Source of the DNA: the human T2T-CHM13v2.0 reference genome, Homo sapiens
NCBI RefSeq assembly: GCF_009914755.1
Contig: NC_060936.1
Direction: 5' to 3' (one strand)
Length of the DNA stretch: 64,000 bases
The notes below the pieces were generated by a model. It searched no databases. It saw only the letters and a program-made list of their open reading frames with translations, and was not told where the DNA came from. Below, piece by piece: positions 1 through 17,070 of the stretch; the stretch's first letter is position 1, and each line of letters opens with the position of its first letter. The position numbers were made by a program, and so were the translations under genes.

Positions 1-761
1 AGCGCATTATAACACAGCCTTGGAAATTTTGTGTTCTTCTAGGTCAGCTATAAAAATGCTACATAAGATCCTTCTAACAGTGTATCAGAACTCCATTCTC
101 CACATTTCTCCAGCCAGAGACATGCCCATTTATGCAGCTGTTGATTTCCTTTCTCTAAGTCCCTTCATGTTTCACAAAATAACCCTCAAGTTCTAACCCC
201 AATTCCCCTAAGTCCATCTCATCCCACTGAAACACATTTTAGCCTTTGGTTTGAAATATTTTCAGATGTTTCTGAAAAATTAGAGTGAATCACATCCCCA
301 GGCCAACTTATCCTCAATCAATACATTAGCTGGCATGATTTCCTTATTTTCAGATCACAATGCTGTGTTCTTGTTTACTGTGCCTAGCAATGCTACCCTT
401 CATCATAAACCCCACTTCCTTGGGAAGCAGAATGGAGTGCATCGGCATAAGTTGGGCCCCTTAGGAGTCCTGTTTCTGCACAGCAGTCATTTGTAATCCT
501 CCAGGTCACTGGCACAGCCGCCATCTCTAATGGCAGACACAGTTTTGCCAGTAGCTGTTTGGTTTTCATTTTTGAGGGTCTCACGTAGGTGTCATATATT
601 GACTGCACACTTCCTGGGAGTAGAGCACAGTTTGGTCCAGCACCTCTAATTTTCCTGGCTCAGGGCCTGCTTTAGGAATGGGAACCTCTTTTATCTCCTC
701 TCTAGGAGAGAGCTAGCAAGACCATCAGTCGTCTGTCAGGTCCCCCAACTCAATAGGAAGC

Positions 762-994
762 AGGACAATGTAGCAGTTAATTTGTGGCTTCTGAACCTAG
801 CTGCTGAAGGTTCAAATCCCATCCCTTGCTAGTGTGGCATTGCTCAAGCTATCCTTTCTGTCAAATGGGGGTAATAATGATTCATCTCCCATAAGGTCCT
901 TATAAGGATAAGGCAAATTGGTTTGCATAAAGCATTTATTTACAGCAGTACTTGCAACAAAGTAAGTGCTATATAAGTATGAGCCATTTTTATT
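762..994 (+). mobile_element. MIR SINE overlapping the VDR 3' end
   Basis: ggttcaaatccc...ctgtcaaatgggggtaataatga...agtaagtgctatataagtatgagccatttttatta follows the MIR consensus order. Confidence 0.7.
935..994 (-). terminator. Polyadenylation signals AATAAA (940-935 and 994-989)
   Basis: TTTATT on the + strand at 935-940 and 989-994. Confidence 0.8.
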
Positions 995-1860
995 ACCATA
1001 AGCAAAGCTTTCTACATTGGTTGACTTGACAAACTTCTGGCAAACTTTTTTTCTCTTTGGAAATCATTCAGCAGGCACTGTTTACATCCTTTCGCTGCCA
1101 TATCTCTAGCTTTCACTAAATCTGCCACACATTCCTGCCTTCTCTGTTGACCTCGCTTGGATTCTCCTACATGCTTCCAGTTAGCCAGCCAGAGGATTTT
1201 CCTGTCTCTGGGAATCTTGTGGAAAATCTTGCATTTTGGGGCACCTTCTCCTTCAGTTATAATGATATACCTTAAAAGTTTTACATTTACAAATGTCTAT
1301 TTCACACTCTCATTCTAAAGTAGAATCGATGATGACCTTTTCTCCCCGTTCAGCCCCATAAAAACTCATTTTCCCCTCTTTTCTTTTCCTCCCAGCTCCT
1401 AGACTTCCTTTGGAGGAGTGGCCTAGGTGGTGGGGCCCAGGGCTGAGTAACTGATATTTCCAGGAGTTCCCCGAAGAAGGCAGGGCCAGAGGGAGAGCTG
1501 GGAAGGTGGTGACATTACAAAGACAAATGCATGTTATAGATGAGGCAACAGCATTATCCAAGGCTGAGGTGGAGAGCCCAGCAGGCCAGGGCCACATCGT
1601 GGTGGGGTAGGGTCTGATTCACATTGAGGCAGAGGTGAGTCTCCTTCCTTCTCCTTCTGATGGGTTGGTGGAGTTACAAGCCAGGGAAGGAAGGAAAGGG
1701 TCCCAGATCCAGACTTGCTCTTTCTGAAATCCAGGGCTTCCCCCAGGGACTGGGTCAGCCACCTGGGGAATGAGAGTGGGGGTCTGAGCTCAAACATGGT
1801 GTAGTGAAAAGGACACCGGACCATGACTCCAAAATCTGGTCCTGTCCTGGTCCACTTCTA

Positions 1861-2152
1861 AGACGGAGTTTCGCTCTTGTTGTCCAGGTTGGAGAGTAAC
1901 GGCACGATCTCAGCTCACTGCAACCTCCACCTCCTGGGTTCAATTCTTCTGCCTCAGCCTCCTGAGTAGCTGGGATTACAGGCTTGCGCCACCATGCCCG
2001 GCTATTTTTTTTTTTTTTTTTTTTGTATTTTTAATAGAGACAGGGTTTCTCCATGTTGGTCAGGTTGGTCTCGAACTCCCGACCTCAGGTGATCCACCTA
2101 CCTCGACCTCCCAAACTGCTGGGATTACAGGCGTGAGCCACCGCGCCCGGCC
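1861..2152 (-). mobile_element. Alu (AluSp-like) in the 3'UTR, lacking an A-tail
   Basis: Full dimer; 18-bp TSD tgtcctgg(t/c)ccacttcta at 1843-1860 and 2153-2170. Confidence 0.95.
2005..2024 (-). repeat. 3'UTR poly(A) microsatellite, A20 (long class)
   Basis: 20 consecutive T on the + strand, in the linker of the 3'UTR Alu. Confidence 0.85.
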
Positions 2153-4126
2153 TGTCCTGGCCCACTTCTAGCTAGTTATATATGCTTGGGTGAGTCACGC
2201 CCTCCTCTGTCAGTTTTCCTGAATGAGGGGATTGACTCGTTTAGCAACTTACAAGTGTTTTCTCCCACTGAAGAGCAAGCTGGACCAATACGTTCTGCAG
2301 CTAAAATCAAACAAGGGTCTCTCCCTAGACCCTTGTAAAATAACAACAGCAATAATAATTAATGTACAGAAGTTTCACAATGTAAGTTCTCCCCCCATAA
2401 ATATCTCCAAATCAGTGGTACCTGCTACCCTGTATATTAGACTATAATACAAATGGAGTCTGAGTCTGAAAACAACTCATATCTAATAAATTTAAGATTA
2501 AGCGATATATATGCTATTCTGCAGTAAGGAACGTGGCTTTCAGATGTTTTTCCACCTGAAGAATTCTGAGAGACATGGGGCCAGGTGGACACCAAGGCTC
2601 TTGCAGTGTGAAGTCTGATTCCTCTCTGGGTTTTCAGGGAACTACGGATGCAGGTGCAAGGACACAGCTTCCAGGAGTTGGGGCAGTCACGTTCCCACTG
2701 ACTTTAACATTCCTGGTGACTCAGGGAATGCGGCCGCATTCCCCAAACTCAAGCACTGATCTGAAGAAGCCTCTGTGATCCACCTCGAAGAACGCCTTTC
2801 TGTACCGGTCCCGCACACCTACAGCTCACTCTCACAAAGACCCCACCTTGGAGTAAACGGACAGACGCTTCCCACCAGCTGGGCTGGGCTGGCTGCAGAG
2901 AGCATGCACTTGAAGTTGTATCACTCCGCCCCTGCCTCACAGGCACCTTTTGACTTTTGGGTGGTGGAGTGAGAATAAGAAGGCACCTTACCCTACATCA
3001 CGGAACCCCCAAACACTCTCTCTGACTAGCCACCCGAGACTGCCCCGCTCTCCCTTCCCACACTCTGGGGTGCGGCAGCGCTAGCTCTTAGCCCTGTGGG
3101 TGAACAGCGGCCTTGCAACCACATTGAGGCGGCAGGGAGATCATGACTCAGCCGCTGGGGTCTGAAAATTCTTCTCCTCCATCCCACCCTGCCAGATGGA
3201 GAAGATGCGGCTCACTGCTTCTCCAGACCCTCTCCCCTGGGGAGGGGGTGGGGGAGCAGGCTCTCGGCTACTCTCGGTGATCCGAGGAGGACAGGGAGGG
3301 CTGGCTCTCCTGGGCAGGAGGTAAGGCACTGGCAGGGGGAGGACGAGGTCGGCAGGTGCTTTTCTGCAAACTGGGGACAATTCAGTCCTGCTACATGGAT
3401 CCGTGGAAGGAGGGCTTCCACCTCAACCAACCCCTTAGACCCAGGGCGAGGAACTGTGAGCTTGGTGACAGGGACAGCTGTCATATTCTTCTGTGAGGCT
3501 GTTTTTGTCTGTTTTTCCTCCTTGGGTCTCTCAGCAGGTGGGTTCGTGCCTGGTGCTCCAGTGATGGGAAGAAAACCCACCTCACCACAGCTACTGCCCG
3601 TGAGAATATAACCAGGGCAATGGGATGTTGGTGGGCACTGAAGGGGGTGGGGTGGGAGCTGTGGGCCGATTATTTATCGTGAGTAGGCAGGAGAGGGAGA
3701 CCCCACTAGGCGCTGGACAAGCGGGGCCTGCAGTGGGGGGAGGTGCAGGTGTCTCTGTCCCTGAGGAATGGATGCATTTCTCCTGTCTGTTCCCTCAACA
3801 TCAGTCAGCAGCCACTTAGGCAGCGGTGGAGGCATCTCTGGGCAAGGCCCTGCCTCCAGCCTCTGCCCTCTGCCCCCACTTGGGTTTCTTTGTCAAACAA
3901 ACAGCAACTCCTCATGGCTGAGGTCTCAAGGGACCGGGGAAAAGCCCGCAGGAAAGGGGTTAGGTTGGACAGGAGAGAGAATGGGCTGGGTGGATAGGGG
4001 AGGTGGCAGAGGAGGGGCTGAACCCCAGACGGGGTGAGGAGGGCTGCTGAGTAGCCGCCAGCCCCGGGCCTGGCACGTGGCCCTGGAGGAGCAGCCCCAC
4101 CCAGGCACCGCCACAGGCTGTCCTAG

Positions 4127-4444
<318 letters not shown>

Positions 4445-4924
4445 TCAATCCCACCACCCCCCACCCACACAGACACTCAACGGCAGCACCCCCTAGGCCA
4501 CCCCTCTATGACTGCTGACCGGTGATACCACTGCCTGGCCCCAAAGCCCTCCAGTGACTTCTCCGTGCATTTAGGATCCAGACCTAGGTCCTTCCATGGG
4601 CGCACCTGGCCCTGTCCCTGCCTGGCCTTGCTCCCTGTCCATGCTCTGTCCATCCCTCAGCGTCCCGATGCGCCATGCTCTCTGGCCACCAGCCTTCACA
4701 TCTGTGCTCCCTCTGCTTGGAACTCTGCTCTGCTATCTTTGCCAGACTCTTACTGATCCTTTGGATAACAGCTTAAAAGGTCTTCCTCCAAAAGGCCATT
4801 CCTGGCAACACTCTACCTCTGTAGCCCAGACCACGTCAGCTTCCCTCCTTCTATTCTACCCTTCTGTAGCATCACTTACTTTATTTTTAAAACTCTTGCC
4901 TTGTTAGGAATTAATAATTAAATA

Positions 4925-5062
4925 ACATTTGTTTAATGTTTCCTCCTAAGCTTCATGGGAGAGGAGCCTGTGTCCCATTTGCTGCTGAACCCCAGTACCT
5001 AGCATAGTGCCTGGTACCTAATAGGTGCTCAATAAATTGTTGCTAAGTGGATGAATGAATGA
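4925..5062 (+). mobile_element. L2 3' end fragment
   Basis: cccagtacctagcatagtgcctggtacctaataggtgctcaataaat...tgaatgaatga. Confidence 0.65.
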
Positions 5063-5268
5063 GAGAAGGCTGGCTGGGCAGGGGTAGAGGAGCCCATCTC
5101 CATTCCTTGAGCCTCCAGTCCAGGAAAGCATCCCTGGGCACAGGCCACTAGCACAGGCTGAGGCAGGGCCGCCCCTCTTTGGACCTCATCACCGACATCA
5201 TGTCCCCAAGGTCACAATAACTTCCTCTTCGGCCTTTTCTCCCTCTTCTCACCTCTAACCAGCGGAAG

Positions 5269-5281
5269 AGGTCAAGGGTCA
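5269..5281 (+). promoter_or_regulatory. Candidate DR1 AGGTCA a GGGTCA
   Basis: Perfect RGGTCA-A-RGGTCA in intron 8. Motif evidence only. Confidence 0.4.
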
Positions 5282-5545
5282 CTGCACATTGCCTCCAAAA
5301 TCAATCAGGTAAACTATATAGGCAGAACCATCTCTCAGGCTCCAAAGTTTTGTACCCTGCCCGCAAGAAACCTCAAATAACAGGAATGTTGAGCCCAGTT
5401 CACGCAAGAGCAGAGCCTGAGTATTGGGAATGCGCAGGCCTGTCTGTGGCCCCAGGAACCCTGCTTATCTAGTTCCTCAGAATCCCCCCTACGAATCGCC
5501 TGCACACTCTGCAAGGCAGAGCTAAGGGCAGTGAGGGGCACCTCA

Positions 5546-6189
<644 letters not shown>

Positions 6190-6958
6190 CTGCAGGGGAG
6201 GGAGGGAAGGAGGTCAGGTTACCAGTAAACGCCTTCAAGCCACACAAATCAGTTTAGTGCTTTGACAGGTATACACCTGCTGGGCACCAACATGCACCCT
6301 GGGTCTTTCATCGAGGAGCTTGCAGGCTGGCTGGAAGGGACAAGAGTGTTCCTTGAGAGAGAACAGTTCAACACTGTGATCATGTGCCAAGGCCAGAAGT
6401 GAAGTAGCTCAGTTACTAAGACAAGAAAAACTCAGAGACCAAGCAGCCAGAGCTATGGGGCACAGGAAACGGAGCCCAGGGAAGTTCCCAGCATTGAGGC
6501 ATGAATATGGTGGTCTGCAAAAGGTAGGGCCATGGTATCTTCAACAACACCCAAGTTTTCTCCTCCTCTCCCTCCTACTGTCCTCCAGTCCTTCTCAGTA
6601 GTAAATTCAGCCAACTCTGTCTCTAGGATGTCTCTCAAGCCCGTGATCTTATTCCCACTCCTACCAGGAGTGCCCTGGTTCAGAGCTCCAGCGTCTTTTC
6701 CAATAGCCTCTTACAGGAATCCCAGACTTGTGTCTCTCCAGTCTCTCATTCATCTTTCTTACCACTGCTGCAGGTCAATGTCCTCTTGCACTCAGAAATC
6801 TTCACTGACTCTCAAACACCCTAGGATCAGGCCCACACTCCCTAACTTGGCTCCAACCTCTCATTCCAACTCCCTTTCCCATGGTAAACTCCACCAACCT
6901 TCCATTCTAGCAGCATCATGCCACTCCACATTCAGATGCTGTGTGTTCTCACTGTGCC

Positions 6959-7710
<752 letters not shown>

Positions 7711-7868
7711 CATCACCACGCCTTTCAGCATACTACAGCTCCAGCCAGGAATACCCTTCTAATTCTCCATTTTGTTTTTCTGGTCCTGAATCCACTGTGT
7801 TTTCCACTGGAGCCCCGCACCTTCTGACTCTTTAGCACAGTTAGGGCCATGTCATTGTGATGCCTTGA

Positions 7869-8247
<379 letters not shown>

Positions 8248-9151
8248 ACTTGTTTTCTACTCTTGTTTGTAAGTTACTTGGGGGCCAGCACCTCCTCTTA
8301 ATCACCTTACTGTTGCCCACACACTGACCATTGAGCCGTCAGCACAAGATGATCAATAGAGATGCGTTGATGATTTGAGAGGCCAATGACTAGTTCCACT
8401 ATTCTGAGTCAGGAATGGGCTTGTCTGAACAATGGCGAGGAAAAGGCAGGGCTCACAAATCAGCTTGCTTCTGGCTTTTACTCCCTTTCTCTTCCTGACT
8501 GTCTACTTCCTCCTGGATATCCTGCAGATAGGCTGTCACCCCGTCAATGGCTGCATGTTTATATATAAAGATGGGAAGCTGATATTAACTGATGAGAGTG
8601 TTGTATCAATGGGTGATAGATGGTGGGAAATGAGAAGGCTTGCATGATCAGGATGGCCAGCAAAGGATCTGTATTGAAAAAAAATCACAACGTGCTAGAG
8701 TTGGAGGGCCCCTCTTAGGAACTCTTAGAGATGGCTCCTACATAACCTCTGCAGGACTCTCCTAGGGTCAGGGAGCTCAGGGCCTCTGGACACAGCCATG
8801 GGGTTGTTAGCGCCGAGATTAATGACCTCTTCTATTGAGCTACAATCCACGTGATAGTACACTCATTTGTGGTTTACAGTTTTGTGCTCAATAAACCCAG
8901 AACCAGACTTCTCCACTAGCCATGGGACTTCCTTTGAACCATAACTAATGGAGTTTTTTAAAAAGGAAAACTGCCGTGTCCTCCTTCAGATAGTCTAATG
9001 ACACAATGTCTAACATCTCACCATCCTTGTCACTTTTCTCTAGATGCTCAATCCACATTTAAAACACAAAAATGAACACCATCCCCATTTTTGTTTTGAC
9101 TCATTATACAAGTAAAACATACTCATTATCAAATCTTTGGAAAATACATAA

Positions 9152-9532
<381 letters not shown>

Positions 9533-12500
9533 ACCTTCCTGTCTTTTTTCTATGCAAATATATATATACCCACAAATATACATAGAGAGAGGGAGTATAC
9601 ATTTAACATACTGGAGCTTATACTAATTCTTTATCCTACTTCCTATATCACTCAAAATTATTTAGCCCAGTTCTTAGAGGGTTGCATGATGTTACATCAT
9701 AACAGTATACTCTAAGTTATTGAGCCAGTCTTCCATTTATCTATTTTTGAACATTTTGATTGCTTCCAATTTTTGCTATCATAGGTAATTCTGGGAGGAA
9801 TAACTTTATACATAGCCTTTTGTTCAGTGCCCCACTCAAACAGATGGCCAGCAGTGAACACATCTTCCATGGATGCAGGCCAGAGAGGTTTTAGTGGGAT
9901 CACTGCTTTTGTGATCCAGACATCCTGCTGCTAGGAACACAAACCCAAAACGACCCCAAATGACTGCCCACAGCCTGGAAATACAGGGCCTTTCTAAATA
10001 CAGCTCACAGCCAGGACCAGGGATGGTGGCGTGGTGGGAGTAGAGGTGGAGTTACAGGGGAAGCCATAAGAGAGCTTGTTCCACGATGATAGGCACCAGC
10101 ACAGCTCCGTTCCCCCTCCCTCACCTGTGTGACATTTACACCCTCCTCTGTCTTCACGCCTGCAGCCGCTTCTGGGCACCCGAGATGTGACTGGAATTGT
10201 GTTGCTGTTTCGTCTTTCCCACCCCCACAGGCAGAGCCCGGCCCCTCCCCTCCCCTCCCGCATTCCCACGGTACCTCCAGCAGGCTTGTAGCAGGGCTCT
10301 TATCTCCTTGCAGCAATTGTTTACATGTCTATCTCTTTCATCAGACACCAAATCCCTGGATGCCAGGGACTGTCTTCTCAACAACTTTTGTCCCTCACAG
10401 TTTATGTAAGAAAGCTATTTGTTGGATGGATGAAGAAATGAATGTGGAGAAAGGGCACAGCACGAAGGAAGCATGATAACCCCCAGGGCTCTTCCCTAGG
10501 TATGGAAATGGCAATGAAGGTGAAGGCATTTAGCAGAAGAGGGCAGGGCTGCAGCTTATGTGGCCTGGTCTCTTGTGTACTTTACTTGTCAGTGAAGCCT
10601 GGGGGTCCCAAGTCCTCAGATCTAAGGCTGCTCTTGGCCATTTAGATGCTGCTGCTGATGCCACCTCCTCCATGCATTTCATTTGCAGTGCCAGCAGGGA
10701 GGGAGATTTGTGGGGTGAGACTGAGAGGCTAAGGGAGGAGAGATGGGAGGAGAGAGCAGGCCAAGGCCACACTGTAGCACAGTTCACACCAAGAACAGCC
10801 CATCCAGCCCTGCCCCACGTTGGTCTCATGCCCCCACTGGAGACTCATCCTGTGCCCCCACACACCCACACAGAAGTCTCATCCTGCCTTCCCCACACCC
10901 TCCGCCCCTGCCTGCAGGCAGCAAGATCAAAGCCACCAGGGATGCAGCCACTGTTCTTCTATGTCTTGGAACAATAGAACCCCTAAGTGTGGAAAGCAGC
11001 AGAACCAGAGAGCTACTGGGCTGGCCCACCCTGGGCCCAGTTGGAGCCTAGGTTTGGGCTCCAGTCCAGGCTCAGCATCACCTCTGTCCAGTCACAGAGA
11101 GCGTCCATACCAGTGTCCCTGCAAGCTCTCTTAGCAAGGCCTGCTCCATTTTCATTGGCATACCTTCTGCTCTGGGACTTCTCAAGTCATACTGAAGACA
11201 GAGAAGCCAACCCTAGCATGTTCAGGATCAGTTTAACCCATTTTGCATCAATGGCTGGGCAGCTCCTGTACCTGCCATATGTACCTCACTTTAGCCATGA
11301 GTTGCAAGGACAGACTAGGGGACAGAGGAGAACATGATGAAAGGAAGAGGGCAGACTTCAACTTAACCTCGGGAAGAGAAACTGAGAGTAGTGCTATTTG
11401 TGTCAGGGTACATGTGGGAGGGCAATGGATAGGGGCCTTGAGCATGGGAGAAATTGGAGGCTGGGGTTCCTTAGTGAAGGGGGCAGCATTGGAGTAATCC
11501 GATTTAATGAGTAACTTTCTTTTTAGGGCAGCTTTCCCGTGTATGCAATCTCAGCCACCATTGGAATCACTGAACCTGGAATCACTGTATCTGGAAAGGG
11601 CCGTGGGGGCCCTCTGTCCTACTCCCCACTAGAGCAGGGAAGGATGAAGCCTGTGTAGACAAGGACTGCTGCCTGACATGAGGATGGAAGCCGAGTGCTT
11701 CTGTGTTTTTTCCCTAGCTGTTTACACAAAACAAGACTTTGGAATATGTGGAGTTTGCAAACAGTAACGTGAAGCGTGGAGGAGGGAGTTGGAACTTGTG
11801 CTCTACGGAATGTGTTGTCAGTTCCAAAGAAAGCCTCTGAGGGTAAACCCTGGGCTCAGAGCAATGCCGGGCTCACACAAGATCTGTCGCTTGCTCCTGC
11901 TTGCCTGCCTGCCAGAGGGGCCCTCGCTCCTATCACTACAACCAAAATGTGCAATGCAGTAGGAGTGTCTCAGCACTGTCTGCCAGTTTTCTCTTCTTCA
12001 CCATTTTCACATTAATTCCAGGGGAAGAGCATCGAAAAATTTCTGTTATTTGGGTTGGTGAGAGGCATAAAATAACACAGAGCCAGTTTTCTCAGGGCAG
12101 AAACAAACTGGAAAGTTCTGGGTTTAGCTCTGTGAATGACCATCATCTCACTGGCAAGGCATTAATTTCGGCAATAACTCATGGCTTTTCTACACAGCTA
12201 AGAGGGCCATACACCAATATATGGCACCTCATAATCTGTTTCCATCCAGAGCCGGCAATGTTAACTCATTTTCCAGCTCCCCATATTCCAGCACTGAATC
12301 TGAGCATTAGTATCTAGGAAGCATTTTGCCCCTTCTGCCGTAAATACAGCTATTGCTGCTACTTGAAAGACAATAACATTGCTTGAGATTGATTTACTTC
12401 TCTTTCTCAACCATATTGTTTATGTATTTTATGGCAATATACCAAATGAACTTTGGGGAAGAATGAAGATACAAATATACATAAATATAGCCATTTCCCA

Positions 12501-12545
12501 ACACATCTATTAAATGTGTCAATACTCTATTGTTTTAAGAATATT

Positions 12546-13350
<805 letters not shown>

Positions 13351-13393
13351 TTATATACAGTACTAGTGTTAAAACAATGAAACATAGGAATAA

Positions 13394-13805
<412 letters not shown>

Positions 13806-14292
13806 AGGAAATGGTCTTTAAATGTACATTTTGGTGAAGGATGCCAGGGTCATATATGCCAGTAAACCTATCTCTCTCCAGGATTCCTAGACTGTTTCAC
13901 AAGTCTACATGGCCAAGCCCTTCTCTCTATCACTTCATTCTGCTCTCAGAGTTGGGGTGTGGAGGAATCATATCGTTGAATTTAAAGAGATAATATGAGG
14001 ATTCCAGTCAAGCCAGCTGGAGTGAACACAGCAGTGAGCTGGGAGTTCTAGGCCTGGCTCTGACATGCTGGCTCCAACACCTGGAAGGGATCCTGGCTGG
14101 CCATTGGACCTCTCTGGGCTTCCACACCATCATCCAGAAAGTGCGGGGATGGACTAGCTCTCCAGTGCTGGCCTGCAGAGTAACGCAAGACAGGCTGCAC
14201 TTTCTAAATACAGATTTCTGGGCCTACGCCAGAGATTCTGATTTCGCAGGTCTAGGGTAGGGTCTGAATCTCTATTTTAAAGAAGCAATGGA

Positions 14293-14966
<674 letters not shown>

Positions 14967-15010
14967 CTAGGACTCTGACTCTGTTCCCCAGAGATTGCAG
15001 AAGTTTCTTA

Positions 15011-15214
<204 letters not shown>

Positions 15215-15479
15215 TTAAGGATACTTGGACCAGGCCCCCTCCTGCCAGACCCTGCAAAAACCTGGTGTGCCCTGGCAGCAGAGCCAGCTGGGAATCCCAC
15301 AGTGACTCCACAGGTCACCCTTCAGCCCCAGGCTTCCCTCTGGGACTCTCTCTGCCTCTTTCAGCAGCATAAGGCAGTAAAATCAAAGAGCCAGAGACAC
15401 TCAGAGCAATGAGACTTCCTCAAGCAGACTGTGTGCTGTTCCTATGGATCTCAATCAAGAAAGAATTTGGGACCCATCA

Positions 15480-15965
15480 AGTCATGGAAAAAAATGTTCA
15501 ACCTTGCTAATGGTCAAAGAACTGCAGTGTAGAACATCTATAATTTTCACCTACAAACCAGAAACAAAAATGTTTAAATATTGATGCCAGTATTTATAAA
15601 GATGCAGGAAATTAGGCAATGCCTATGAGGGCTGGGGTGCTAAAGGAGGTGCACATTACTGAAGGTACTCTAGAAAGCTATTTGACATTAGTCAAATAAT
15701 TGTGTGTACTCTTTGACCAGTAGTCACACTTCCTGGAATTCATTGTAAGGGAAAATTTCCGATAAGTGTAAATATTTGGCTACAAGTATACTGTTTTCTT
15801 ATTAAAATGCTGAGAAATAATCCAGATATCCAATGGTAGGGGATTAGGTACATTATTGTATTCCAGAATACTATGCAGCCCTTAAAAATTATATTCTGGA
15901 TGCGTACTAACTGGTATGGAAAAACAATGCCATATAAAAAAAAGCAAGTCATCAGATTGTATACA
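15480..15965 (+). mobile_element. Old L1 (L1M-type) fragment
   Basis: aaaatgttcaaccttgctaatggtcaaagaactgca...ctttgaccagtagtcacacttcctggaatt...aatactatgcagccctt, the degenerate L1 ORF2-end/3'UTR pattern. Confidence 0.6.
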
Positions 15966-16510
15966 GCACAATTTCTTTTCTAAATATACATATGTGTTTT
16001 TTTTAAAAAAAAAAAAAAAAAGAAAGGAAGGAAAGCATGATGCCTCCCAGACTCTCAGCTGAGCTGGAGGGGACAGGTCCTCCAGGGCCAGAGTGGTCCC
16101 CAGAGCTCAAGTGGAAGGTGGACCTCAATAGGACCAACACGTTCACCTTCCCACTCCAAATTTCACCTTCTGAAGGGCCCAGGATTAAAATATCACGTAA
16201 AGGAAGCAGGTCACCTCCACGGAGGGGGCCATGGGCTGAAGCCTGGCTTAGAGGAAACAGCATGGGCCCGGGAGGCTGATGCTACACAGCTGGAATCCCA
16301 GCTTGGCCTCTTCCCCAGTGTGGGCCCTTGGGTAAGTCACCCCTTTCTGTAACAGAGGGGCTGTTGTGAAGACGCTGCATAGCGCACAGTATTTATGTAA
16401 GTTTCCATTAGGGAGCCTTCCACCTCCTTCCATCCAGCAGCCCCAGGGCAGGTGCGGTGGACTCCTCGCCCCCGCTCCCTTACTCTATGGAGGACTGAAG
16501 TCCTGCTTAC

Positions 16511-16631
16511 CTGAAGAGGTGATACAGTGATCTGAGCAGGAGGAGGAGGAGTCCCCAGAGAAGCTGGGAGTGTGTCTGGAGTTGGGCCTGGAAGGATGGC
16601 TCCCTCCACCATCATTCACACGAACTGGAGG
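16511..16631 (-). CDS. VDR: VDR exon 5 (121 nt): LBD insertion domain
   Basis: ccag|CCTCCAGTT...TCTTCAG|gtaag. Encodes [40 protein letters not shown]; its frame is not listed in the ORF track. Confidence 0.98.
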
Positions 16632-16885
16632 CTGGAAGGGAAAGATGGGGTCTCAGACCCACATTTTGGGGTTGCCTTCCTACCTTGGCCCTGATCTCTG
16701 ATAGGAATGGCTTTGAGGAAGGTCTACAGGAAGGCGAAGCCTCCCAGTGCCAGGGGCAGAGCAGCCTCCGTCCCTACCCCAGTTCTGTTCAGGATGTCCC
16801 CTGCCCTCTGTCCCTACTCCCTGGGCCCTGGCTCCACTAGTGCTTCTCCTCTGGACCGGCTCATCCTCCCAGCAGGCAGACATAC

Positions 16886-17070
16886 CCGGAACTGGCAGAA
16901 GTCGGAGTAGGTGGGGTCGTAGGTCTTATGGTGGGCGTCCAGCAGTATGGCAATGATGCGCTGCTGCTCCTCAGACAGCTTGGGCCGCAGACTGTCCTTC
17001 AAGGCCTCCTCCTCCTTCCGCTTCAGGATCATCTCCCGCTTCCTCTGCACTTCCTCATCTGTCAGAATGA
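16886..17070 (-). CDS. VDR: VDR exon 4 (185 nt): C-terminal extension, hinge and LBD helix 1
   Basis: cacag|TCATTC...TTCCGG|gtatg. Encodes [13 protein letters not shown]...YSDFCQFR. Confidence 0.99.

Larger units (their letters stand above)
918..4126 (-). other. VDR: VDR 3'UTR (~3.2 kb)
   Basis: Runs from the stop codon to just past the AATAAA at 940-935. The length fits the known ~4.6-kb mRNA; the cleavage position is approximate. Confidence 0.85.

Noticed and set aside
3236-4040. G-rich runs suggesting a 3'UTR RNA G-quadruplex
   Set aside because: The G-runs are on the + (template) strand; the mRNA is C-rich here.
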